A DNA stretch of 64,000 nucleotides from a virus: the IMG/VR virus record IMGVR_UViG_3300037104_000592, positions 1 to 64,000 of that record. The stretch is one strand, 5' to 3'. The position numbers and the translations under genes were made by a program. Shown piece by piece: positions 10,431 to 20,400 of the stretch (its first letter is position 1; every line of letters begins with the position of its first letter). The notes under the pieces are model-generated. The model searched no databases, was not told the origin of the DNA, and saw only the letters and a list, made by a program, of their open reading frames with translations.

Positions 10431-10444
10431 AGAACAAATTAATA
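10431..10444 (+). promoter_or_regulatory. Putative late promoter AGAACAAA (AACA-N6-TA)
   Basis: AGAACAAATTAATA lies in the gap before the 10465 RBS. Confidence 0.55.
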
Positions 10445-10464
10445 AGAATAGGTAGGAGAATAAA

Positions 10465-10731
10465 ATGAGTGAAAAGTTAGGGGTAATTGCTGTATTTTAT
10501 GATAGAAAAAATTTCAGAGAAGTTAAAAATACAGAACTTTGTTTTACAAATTATGTAGTTGATTTAGCAAGATATGATGATGAAAGCTACAAACCAAATA
10601 AAATTAATGGATTTTATGAGTTGGTCCTTGGAGAATTAGGGTATAAATCAGAAAAATGTAATACTTTTTCAAATTTTGATTTAACCTGTATGTATAGTGA
10701 TTTAGTTTTTTTGAGGTTTGAAAATGAGTGA
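10465..10731 (+). CDS. Hypothetical protein
   Basis: AGGAG RBS, 88 aa. Confidence 0.6.
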   Translation: MSEKLGVIAVFYDRKNFREVKNTELCFTNYVVDLARYDDESYKPNKINGFYELVLGELGYKSEKCNTFSNFDLTCMYSDLVFLRFENE

Positions 10732-10753
10732 AAAGGAGTAAATATAAAGATTC

Positions 10754-11569
10754 ATGAAAGTTATCTATTGTGTTATAAATAAACTTACGAACAAAGTTTA
10801 TGTTGGAAAGACAAATAACAACAAAGATAATTACTATGGATCTGGAAAATATATTACAAATTCTCTGAAAAAATATGGGAAAGAAAATTTTTTAAAAATT
10901 ATATTAGATACTTATATAGATGATGAATGGGTTGAAAAAGAAAAAAATTGGATAAATATTTTGGATAGTAAGGTTCCTAATGGATATAATATAGTTGATG
11001 GTGGTATGGGAACCGAAGGTCTTGTTCATACAGAAGTAGCAAAGAAAAAAATAGCAGAAGCTAGTAAGAAAAGAGTTGGTCGTATATTTACTAAAGAACA
11101 TAAAGAAAACATAGGAAAATTTAGAAAAGGTAGATCATATGTAGAAATATTTGGTAAAGAAAAAGCTGAAAAACTTATAGAAAATAAAAAAAGACCTATG
11201 GAAGAAAAATGGACAGAAGATAAGATAAAAAAATATAGAATCAAAACTTGCTTAAACTATGAAGAAAAATATGGAACCGATAAATCAAAAGAAATAAAAC
11301 AAAAGAAGTCTAAATCTATGATTGGAAAAGAACAATCAGAAACCAAAAAAATAAAATGTAGTAAACAAAAAATTGGAAAATTAAACCCACAATACAAAGA
11401 AATTCATGATGATATTAAAAATAAAATAGTATCTTTATTTCATAGTGGAAGCAGCATAAGGGAAATTTCAAAAATAAGTGGAATTAGTGGATATAAAATA
11501 ACTCGTTTTTTAGTTGAAAATAATATAATGAAAGATGGTAAAGTAACATGGGTAACATCAAAATGGTAA
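10754..11569 (+). CDS. GIY-YIG homing endonuclease with NUMOD3-type repeats and C-terminal HTH
   Basis: VIYCVINKLTNKVYVGKT, YYGSG, PNGYNI..GG, HTEVAKKKI. Confidence 0.85.
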   Translation: MKVIYCVINKLTNKVYVGKTNNNKDNYYGSGKYITNSLKKYGKENFLKIILDTYIDDEWVEKEKNWINILDSKVPNGYNIVDGGMGTEGLVHTEVAKKKIAEASKKRVGRIFTKEHKENIGKFRKGRSYVEIFGKEKAEKLIENKKRPMEEKWTEDKIKKYRIKTCLNYEEKYGTDKSKEIKQKKSKSMIGKEQSETKKIKCSKQKIGKLNPQYKEIHDDIKNKIVSLFHSGSSIREISKISGISGYKITRFLVENNIMKDGKVTWVTSKW

Positions 11570-11952
11570 TATGTATGAGAAAAGATCTCAATATGAGAAA
11601 AGGGAAAATGATTGCGCAAGGTTGCCACGCAAGTATGAAAGTAATTTTAGATTTGATGACACCAATTGATTGTGGTCCAAATCATAACTCAAAAATTTTA
11701 CATATGATTAAAAATTCTCCATTAGATCAATGGATAAATGGATTATTTACTAAGATTGTTGTTTCGGTAAATAGTAATTTAGAACTTATAAAAGTTTATA
11801 CTATAGGAGTTGCTTCAGGTATTCCGTGTGCTTTAATTGAAGATTCTGGAAAAACTGAATTTCATGGACATCCTACATATACTTGTTGTGCAATAGGTCC
11901 TGATGAAGAGGAAAAGATTGATAAAATAACAGGTGAATTACCATTATTATGA
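11548..11952 (+). CDS. pth2: Peptidyl-tRNA hydrolase, Pth2 type
   Basis: KMVICMRKDLNMRKGKMIAQGCHAS, KIVV, IEDSGKTEF, TCCAIGP, ITGELPLL. Confidence 0.92.
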   Translation: MGNIKMVICMRKDLNMRKGKMIAQGCHASMKVILDLMTPIDCGPNHNSKILHMIKNSPLDQWINGLFTKIVVSVNSNLELIKVYTIGVASGIPCALIEDSGKTEFHGHPTYTCCAIGPDEEEKIDKITGELPLL

Positions 11953-12130
11953 AAGGATAAAAATGAAATTTATTGAGAAAATAAAATCAATTTATAGAAA
12001 CATAGATCCTTTATATATAAAAATTTTCTTAATGATAACACTTCCAATTTGGTTTCTCCCATTTGCTTTATTTTTATTAGTTCATGGGTTTTGGGAAATA
12101 GTTTCAGATTATGTAGATGGAATACATTAA
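11933..12130 (+). CDS. Small membrane protein
   Basis: Hydrophobic segment IFLMITLPIWFLPFALFLLV; probable start at ATG 11963. Confidence 0.5.
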   Translation: MNYHYYERIKMKFIEKIKSIYRNIDPLYIKIFLMITLPIWFLPFALFLLVHGFWEIVSDYVDGIH

Positions 12131-12164
12131 AATATAAATACTTATAAGTTGGAGGAATAAATAA

Positions 12165-12611
12165 ATGAAAAAAATAAATGAAGATTTTCAACACATAGAG
12201 GAATTAATCAGAAAAGTTCAATCATTAATTTCTCCTATTTCGGTTCATGATGATTATAAATCAATAAGAAGTAAAGAAAATATTGGTAAATTTAAAGAAC
12301 AATTTCCAAAATGCGTTATTCCTGTTAATGTAGGAAGAACAATTATATACGCCCCTATCTGCAATAGACTTGGAGCTGAAGATCCAGATATGATAAGACT
12401 ATCTCATAGGTTAATGTGTAAGTTGTCTGGGCATGAAAAGATGCACGAATATAGAGGTGAGATAGAAATAGCAAAAGTAAAGCTTGAGAGATTATTAAGT
12501 AAATTTTCAAAAGATATTCCAAAACCAGCTGATATGGCTGCTAAAAAAGCAGGAAGTACAATCGCATTAAATAAAATAAAAACATATAATAATGCGTTGA
12601 GGAATAATTAA
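12165..12611 (+). CDS. Hypothetical protein
   Basis: GGAGG RBS, 148 aa. Confidence 0.6.
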   Translation: MKKINEDFQHIEELIRKVQSLISPISVHDDYKSIRSKENIGKFKEQFPKCVIPVNVGRTIIYAPICNRLGAEDPDMIRLSHRLMCKLSGHEKMHEYRGEIEIAKVKLERLLSKFSKDIPKPADMAAKKAGSTIALNKIKTYNNALRNN

Positions 12612-12613
12612 TA

Positions 12614-13375
12614 ATGTTGTGTCATTATGGGTGTGGGAATGAAGCATCTTATAAGTTTAAAAATGGTATAATGTGTTGTTGTAAAAGTCAGAACTCATGC
12701 CCAGAAATGAGAAAGAAAAATATAGGATGCTTAGGTAGAAAATTTACATGGTCTAGAGAACATATAGAAAAAATAAGAATAAAAAATAAAGGAAAGATTA
12801 GAACACCCGAACAAATAAGAGTAAACTCAGAATCACATATTGGAAAACACCATGATGAAAAAACCAAAAAAAAGATAAGCGAAAAACTAAAAGGTAAAAA
12901 CAATGGAATGTTTGGAAAAAAACATACAGAAGAATGGTTAGAAAATCATAAAAAAAGAATGATAAATGGTCAAGCAATTCACATGAATAAATGTAAACCA
13001 ATAGAAGAAAGAGAAAGATCAAGACAACGAATGTTAAATGGAGAAGCAGCGAGAATTCAAAAATTTATAAAAAACCCATCTAATGAAGAAGTTTTATTAA
13101 GAAATATAGTTAAAAAATTATATCCAGATTGTGAATTTCAACATCAAGTTTTTAATTATTCTTTAGATGTTGCTCTATTAGAATTTAAAATTGCTATTGA
13201 ATATGATGGTCATTATCATTTTCATACAGAAGAAGCAAGAAAATACTTTAAAAATAGACAAACTAGAATTGAAAATGAAGGATGGAAATTTATTAGATAT
13301 ACAATATTTGATAAATTTCCATCCAAAGAACAAGTTGAATATGATATTAAAAAAATAATTGAAGGTATAAACTAA
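12614..13375 (+). CDS. Free-standing endonuclease: CxYGCG Zn module, NUMOD3 repeats and Vsr/DUF559-like domain
   Basis: MLCHYGCG..KNG..CCC; NGMFGKKHTEE; LDVA...IAIEYDGHYH...GWKFIRY. Confidence 0.8.
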   Translation: MLCHYGCGNEASYKFKNGIMCCCKSQNSCPEMRKKNIGCLGRKFTWSREHIEKIRIKNKGKIRTPEQIRVNSESHIGKHHDEKTKKKISEKLKGKNNGMFGKKHTEEWLENHKKRMINGQAIHMNKCKPIEERERSRQRMLNGEAARIQKFIKNPSNEEVLLRNIVKKLYPDCEFQHQVFNYSLDVALLEFKIAIEYDGHYHFHTEEARKYFKNRQTRIENEGWKFIRYTIFDKFPSKEQVEYDIKKIIEGIN

Positions 13376-16300
13376 TGATTAGGTTTTTAGATTTGGATGA
13401 TTTTACAAAAGGACTAAAACCAGTATCTAGCACCAATTATACAACAAAAACTGGGGAATTTGATACTCAAGGATTATTTTCAGAACTTATTTTTGGAACA
13501 GTTGGGTCATTAGATAGAAAAACTAAATTCTCATATATAAATTTAAATGCACTTGTGGTTCACCCAACTGCTTTAAAATTATTAATTCAGTTAAATAGAA
13601 AAGTTGAAAAATTTATATCCACCGAAGATTCTTTTATTCTTGATAAAGATGGTTCATTATTAGAAGATAATAAAGGGGCTACAGGAATAACAGCATTTAT
13701 AAAACTATTTCCAAAAATAAAGTGGAGAGGTGAGTCAGGAGAAAGAGATAAGATAGTTCAACTTTTAGAACATGCTTATAAAAATAATAGATTATTTGTA
13801 AATAAACTTCCAGTAATTCCAGTAGATGATAGACCTATATTTCAAAATGAAGTAACCAAAGAATGGACTGTTGATAATCTAAATGAATATTATGTAAAGA
13901 TCATACGTCAATCTTTATCTATGAGAAGTTCGGGTGGAAAAGGTCCATTATATGACTTATTAAATTATGGGTTACAAAAATCTGTTATAAATCATGATGA
14001 ATATATAAGAGCAAAGGTTGGAAAGAAAAGTGGTATTATTCGAAGTCAATTAATGGGCAAAAGAATAGAGTTTTCAGGAAGGGCCGTTATAACTGGAGGA
14101 CCTGAATTAAAAGTTAATGAAATTGGTATTCCATTCAAATTAGCTGTATCTTTATTTTATCCATTTATAATGCATGAACTTTTATATACAAATAAATTCG
14201 ATAAAAAACAATTGGGTGAAGAAATTAAAAGTTATATAGGAACAGATTTATCTGTATCTTCAATTCAAAAAGTTTTAAAAAATATAACAAAAGGAGATGA
14301 AATTCCTGAAGGTCTTTATAAAATAATATATCAAGCAACAGATAACTCAATGGTTAATAGAGTTGTTTTAGCTAAAAGAGATCCTGTTTTACATCCTGAA
14401 TCTGTAAGAGGGTTTAGACCAGTTTTGATTGAAGGAAATACAATTAAATTATCAACTCTTATGGTCGGTGGATTCAATGCAGATTTTGATGGAGATCAGA
14501 TGGCTATATTTCATCCTTTATCAAAAGAAGCACAAGAAGAAGTAAGAACTAAAATGATAAGAGGAGTAGGAGGAACCAATTCTAGTTCTCTTACATTTGA
14601 ATTATCAAAAGAAATGTGTGTGGGATTATATATTTTATCAAAGAATATTGAATCTAAAAAACCACCTATTAAACCAACACCAGAAGATTTAATAAAAGCA
14701 ACGGATCCATATGTTCCAGCTATGTTTAAAAATAGACATACTACAATGGGAAAAGCAATTATAAATAGTTGTTTTCCAGATGATTTTAGGTTTGTTGATT
14801 CTTTAATTACTAAAAAAGTTGCAAATGGATTATTATTAGAAATAATTAATAAATATGGTCAAGAAATAGCATACAAATCTGCAACAAAATTAAAAGATTA
14901 TGGATTTAAATTTGCTACTATCATGGCACCAAATATGTCAATAGATGATATTCAAATGCCTCCAAAAATGTATGTATTAAAAGCTAAATTAGAAAAATCA
15001 TCTACAGAAGAAGCTATTCCTATTTTAGAAGAAATGAAAAAATTAATGATAGAAACTTTGGAGGGATCTGGATTATCTGATTTAACTGAATCAGGAGCAA
15101 CAAAAGGATGGGATCAACCATTTCAGATGTTGTGCGCAAAAGGAATAATTGCAGATCCTGAAGGTAATATATTACCTATAATAAAAGGATCATTTGGTGA
15201 TGGGTTAACAGTTGAAGAATATTTCAATGCAACAGCTGGTGCTAGAAAAGGCATAATTGATAGAGTTTTAAATACATCAGATACAGGATATACTTCCAGA
15301 CAATTGATTTATCTTTTAAATTCTGTTGAATTGGATTGGCATTTAAAAGATTGTAAAACTACAAATTATTTAGAGTTAAAATTAACAGATGATTTGATTA
15401 GAAGGTTAACTGGAAGATATGTAATTATAAGAAATAATTTAGAATTATTTGATAAATCTAAATTTAAATCAGGAGATATAATAAAATTAAGATCTCCTAT
15501 TTTTTGTAAAAGTTTAAAACTATGTCATACCTGTTATGGAAAATTATTAGAAAGACTTAAAAGTCCATATGTAGGTGTAATCGCAGCTCAAGTGGTCGGG
15601 GAAAGAGGAACCCAATTAACAATGAGATCAATTCATGTTGGTGGAGTTGTTAAAGTTGGAGTTAAAAAAATATTAAGTGATATATTAGAAAATGATCCTT
15701 ATATTAAAAAAGAAGAGTTAGAAAAAAATATAGATCAAGTTGATTCTAATTTGGTATCTTTAAAAAAATGTAAAATGATTTTATCACTAGAAGATTATGA
15801 TATAGGTGATAATTTATCTATAAATGAAGAAGATGGTTTTATTTGGGTTAAAAGTTTAATATCTATAATGGAATTTGAGAATGGAGAAAAATTTAATATA
15901 ATATTAGATTATAATGTTGAAATTTCAATGGTATCTGAAGTTATAAATGATAAAAAAACAATAACTATTTTTTTCGGTGAAAATGATAAAATCTTAGAAG
16001 TTCCATTAACTCAAGAGGATATAAAAGCTCAAGTTTTATATTTAGGTAGATTATTGGGTGGAAGAGAATTATTTAAAGATGTAAATCATTTGTTTATGAA
16101 ATTATATAAAATATATGGCGCTCTTCCTGGTGATATGGATCTAGTTCATTTAGAAGTTTTATTATCACAATGTTTAAGAGATAAAACCAATCCAATGTAT
16201 CCAGCTAGAGTTGGAAAAGATCCCTATAATCCAGTTTTAGTAAATATAAAAACAAATGTATTTAGCACGTCCTTCGTGCAGGGACTTTGTTTTGAGAATG

Positions 16301-16407
16301 TCGGAAAAGCAATAAAAACTGGATTATTAGAAGATAAAAGTATGCCTCCGTCTATATTGGAAAAAGTTCTGACTGGCACACTAGTAGAAAAGGAAAAGAA
16401 AGATTAA
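13375..16407 (+). CDS. Phage multi-subunit RNA polymerase beta'-like subunit (set 1)
   Basis: GLFSELIFG, GKRIEFSGRAVI, KRDPVLH, catalytic FNADFDGDQMA, bridge helix ARKGIID..TSDTGY, C-terminal Zn site, trigger loop GERGTQLTMRSIH. Confidence 0.95.
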   Translation: MIRFLDLDDFTKGLKPVSSTNYTTKTGEFDTQGLFSELIFGTVGSLDRKTKFSYINLNALVVHPTALKLLIQLNRKVEKFISTEDSFILDKDGSLLEDNKGATGITAFIKLFPKIKWRGESGERDKIVQLLEHAYKNNRLFVNKLPVIPVDDRPIFQNEVTKEWTVDNLNEYYVKIIRQSLSMRSSGGKGPLYDLLNYGLQKSVINHDEYIRAKVGKKSGIIRSQLMGKRIEFSGRAVITGGPELKVNEIGIPFKLAVSLFYPFIMHELLYTNKFDKKQLGEEIKSYIGTDLSVSSIQKVLKNITKGDEIPEGLYKIIYQATDNSMVNRVVLAKRDPVLHPESVRGFRPVLIEGNTIKLSTLMVGGFNADFDGDQMAIFHPLSKEAQEEVRTKMIRGVGGTNSSSLTFELSKEMCVGLYILSKNIESKKPPIKPTPEDLIKATDPYVPAMFKNRHTTMGKAIINSCFPDDFRFVDSLITKKVANGLLLEIINKYGQEIAYKSATKLKDYGFKFATIMAPNMSIDDIQMPPKMYVLKAKLEKSSTEEAIPILEEMKKLMIETLEGSGLSDLTESGATKGWDQPFQMLCAKGIIADPEGNILPIIKGSFGDGLTVEEYFNATAGARKGIIDRVLNTSDTGYTSRQLIYLLNSVELDWHLKDCKTTNYLELKLTDDLIRRLTGRYVIIRNNLELFDKSKFKSGDIIKLRSPIFCKSLKLCHTCYGKLLERLKSPYVGVIAAQVVGERGTQLTMRSIHVGGVVKVGVKKILSDILENDPYIKKEELEKNIDQVDSNLVSLKKCKMILSLEDYDIGDNLSINEEDGFIWVKSLISIMEFENGEKFNIILDYNVEISMVSEVINDKKTITIFFGENDKILEVPLTQEDIKAQVLYLGRLLGGRELFKDVNHLFMKLYKIYGALPGDMDLVHLEVLLSQCLRDKTNPMYPARVGKDPYNPVLVNIKTNVFSTSFVQGLCFENVGKAIKTGLLEDKSMPPSILEKVLTGTLVEKEKKD

Positions 16408-17442
16408 ATGAAAACTTCAAAAAGAGAATATATTAAGAGCTGGTTTTTAAAAAAATATGAAAATAATAAATTAAAACCAAATACTTTTAGAATAATAAAA
16501 GAAAGCTTTCGAAATATATATGATGATATTATATCAGAAACTACATATCTAAATAAAAATTCAAGAATTTCAGAAAGATTGTTTCATATTTTTAATAATA
16601 TTTTTGAAGTTAAAAGATGTTTTTGTGAAAAAAATTTGGGTTATTTAGATATAAACAGAGGGTATGAAAGATGTTGTAAAAAGTGCAGACGTAAGGGGAA
16701 AATCAAACCAAAACTGTTGATTAATAAAAATAATATTTTATGTGATTATGGGTGTGGAAAATTAGCTAATTATATTTTATCAAACAATAAGAATTGTTGT
16801 AAACCAACTTTTGGAAAATGTGAAGCTATAGAACGAAAAATTCCAAGATCTAAAGTCAAGCATAAATATACATATAGTAAATGGATAAATAAATATCCAA
16901 TTTTGAAAGAAAATGAAGAACTTAGAAGTATAAATGAAATGTTAGAAGTTCAATGTAGAGAATGTAAGAACTGGTTTAGTCCAACTGCGGATCAATTATA
17001 TTTTAGAATTAAAGCGCTAGAAGATAAGAAAACTATCTATAAAAATAGAAATGTAAATTCTTATTTATTTTGTTCAAATGAATGCAAAGAAAAATCTTTA
17101 GAATATAGAAGAAGCAATACTATAGAAACTTCTAAAAAATATGAAAGTTATAGAAATATTGTTAATATAAAAACTATAAAAACTATAAGAAAACATAGAG
17201 ATAAAATTCTTAATATTGAGAATTGGAAAAAAGGAAATGCGATAGATCATAAATTTTCAGTTAGAGCTGGATTTGATAATAATATATCTACTGATATTAT
17301 TTCTCACTGGAAAAACCTTGAAGTTATGACATTTTCTATAAATGCAAAAAAACATAAAAAATGCTCAATAACTATTGATAAGTTGATTGAAGAGATTAAA
17401 AAAGATGATAAAAATTTTATATTTGAAGGAAAAACTAAATGA
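16408..17442 (+). CDS. Free-standing HNH endonuclease with CDYGCG module, inserted between beta' and beta
   Basis: LCDYGCG..KNCC; CRECKNWF..FCSNEC; IDHKFSV..HWKNLEV..N. Confidence 0.75.
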   Translation: MKTSKREYIKSWFLKKYENNKLKPNTFRIIKESFRNIYDDIISETTYLNKNSRISERLFHIFNNIFEVKRCFCEKNLGYLDINRGYERCCKKCRRKGKIKPKLLINKNNILCDYGCGKLANYILSNNKNCCKPTFGKCEAIERKIPRSKVKHKYTYSKWINKYPILKENEELRSINEMLEVQCRECKNWFSPTADQLYFRIKALEDKKTIYKNRNVNSYLFCSNECKEKSLEYRRSNTIETSKKYESYRNIVNIKTIKTIRKHRDKILNIENWKKGNAIDHKFSVRAGFDNNISTDIISHWKNLEVMTFSINAKKHKKCSITIDKLIEEIKKDDKNFIFEGKTK

Positions 17443-20400
17443 TTAGATTTGAAGTTTTCAAGCAATATTCACAAGTTACAGATGGATTGCGATATACTAT
17501 AAAAGAGCAACCATATATGCTGCTGTATCTCTCTGAAAACTCTACATTAATAGATGACTTTCACAAATTAAATATAAGATTAATAGATATTAGAATGGCA
17601 GTTATTCCTAGAACTACAATTCCGAGAACATTCTTAACTCCAGAACTTAGAAAAATATATAATAAAATACTGGGGTTATATTCATATCCAGCAAATATGA
17701 AAATTCCAAAAAATAAAAATTTTATATTTGATCCTACTAATTTTATAAAGGAGGTTGATGAAACCTATCATCCTGATAACTATAGACAAAAAGCAGGATT
17801 TTTAATTAAAAATCAATTAGAAAGCGCCCTTTTAAATTATCCAGGATATAAAAAAGTTTTGATATATTCAATAGATGTTACTAAAACTTTTAATAATTTT
17901 GTTGATAGAAAAATATTTCCTATAATTCAAGACTTAAAAAATAATGATATTAACTTTGATGATTTATTACTTGTAACTTTAAATGAATCTTCAGTTCGAT
18001 ATAGATTATTAGTTAAGGATAGAAAATTTGATTTTCAAAAAATTATGGTATATATAAAAACAATTAAACATATTGATCTTGAAGAAGAAGTTGAAGATGA
18101 AACAAAAGAAGCATCTGAAAAAGTAGCAGCGATTCTTCCAGCTCATATAAAAAATAAAGAAAAAATAAAAGATGCAGTTAAACATTATCTAAAAAAAGAT
18201 TCTAACACATTAGATAAGGTTAATAATAATGAATTTAAACCAGAAGAGTTAAAAACAATTGCTATAAAATCAGTTTTCTTTAGATCAACTAATAATATGG
18301 TAAGAGCAAATAATATAGTTGACAAAGTTAAACCTGAAAAAATTGATACATTATTAAAAGTTGTTGATAAACATTATGCAGATGAATTAATTCCAAAAAA
18401 AGATGTTGTAGACACAACTGATGATTTAGTTGTAAAGTCATATAATGTTAAATCTGCTGTAGGTAATAAAGCTCCAGATCATTTATTTATAAAAAGACAA
18501 ATGGATTTTAAAACAAATCTAAAGCATGATATGACTAATTCATTTAAGACATTAGAAACTAAAGAGATTCCATTAAAAATTGAAAAAATGGAAATTACAG
18601 ATAAACCACTTAAAAAGAATGAAATAATGAAATCAGATTTAAGTTTAGTTAAGGTTTCATTAAAAGATGAATTTGGAAAAAAACATAATGTAACAATTGA
18701 AATTCCAAAAATTGATCCTAATTCAGGAACGTTTAGAGTAAATGGGAGGACCAAGTGCTTAGTTAATCAAATAGTATTATGTCCAATAACATTTTTAAAA
18801 CCATATGACTCAAAATTTGAAAGTTCATATTCTACGTTTCATATTAGAAGTAAACGAACAAAGAGAATGAATTATTTAGAAATTTATATGGGTTCTTTCA
18901 AAAATTTACCTTTATTAATATTGTTAACATATAGTTTTGGATTTGATGAAACAATGAAACAATATGATATAAAGTATGAAATAAAAACAGAAAAACCAAA
19001 AAAGACTGAAAAGTTTGCATGTAAAATAAATGCAACCGAATATATTTACTTTGAAAATATTAATACAGAACTAAAACAAGAATTGATTACATCATTTATA
19101 AATGAAGGTATAGATAAATATGATATAAAACATAAATTTGGAACTAAAGAATATTTAAATGATTTGATTATAAAAATCACTGGAAGAGTTAATTCTACAT
19201 TTCTTTTAAATGCAAACCTTGAAAATATTATTGACCCAGTTGCAAAACAAGTTTTAATAAATAAAGGACTTCCTCATGAGTTGAAATATATAATGCAATA
19301 TATGGCTACCAAAGTTGTATCAGGTTTTTCTGAAAGTAGAAATGATTTAACAAATCAAAGAATTAGAGGATCAGAAGTAATAGTTAATTTAGCTCAAAAA
19401 CAAATTTTATCTGCATATACTGTATATAAAGAACAGGTTTTAGCAGGTAATAAAAATGCAGAATTTTTAGTTAATCCAACAAAAGTTTTGAGTGCATTTT
19501 TAAATTCAGAAATTGTTGTTGATATGGAATATGCAAACCCAATTGAAGAAATGGCGGTTATGACTAGAATATCTCCAGTTGGAAAATCTATTGGTGGTAT
19601 TGCAAATGCAAATGCAATTCAATCAAGCGCTAGAAATGTAAGTCCATCTTATTTTGGGAATATTGATCCTCTTGATACACCAGAAGGACCAAATGTTGGA
19701 ATAACTCAACAATTAGCTTTAGGAGCAATGGTATCATCTTCAAGAGGATTATTTACTACTAAAAAAATATCAAATGAAGAAGGATCTGGAATTTTATCTA
19801 CTTCTACTTGTATGATTCCATTTATTGAAAATAATGATGGAAATAGAATTCAATTTGCAGCTAATCAATCGAGACAAATGTTACCATTAAAAAACCCTCA
19901 ACCTCCAGTTATAAGATCTGGGTATGAATCTGTTTTAACGAATGTCTTATCTGATAATTTTATTAAAAAAGTTCCTGAGAGATCTAAAGTTTTATCAGTA
20001 ACAAGTGACCATATAATATTAGTTGGAAAATCAGGAAAAAAATATGATATTAATTTAACTCCTATTCATTTAAGATCTGGAACTGGTCGAGATACTTTAA
20101 GTATTTTTAAAACTAAAGTTGTTAAAGGTCAAATTGTAAATGAAGGACAAATTTTAGCAGAAGGAAGTTGTATAAAAGATGGAGCAATTTCTTTAGGTAG
20201 AACTTTATGTGTTGGGTATATGCCCTATAAAGGATATAATTTTGAAGATGGAATTATTATAAATGAAAAATTAGCAACAAATGATATGTTAACATCTTTG
20301 CATGGGTTAGAAGAAGAAGTTTTAATTTCTGAAAAAGATAGAGTTTTATTTATAGCAAATATTGGAGATAGACTTAAAAAAGGAGAACCATTACTAAGAA

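Noticed and set aside
12133-12140. T4-type late promoter TATAAATA
   Set aside because: Only one intergenic copy was noticed in a very AT-rich sequence, and no gp55-like sigma is seen.
16408-17442. Group I intron interrupting the RNAP locus
   Set aside because: The HNH ORF abuts both neighbours with no room for intron core structure, and beta' and beta each look complete.
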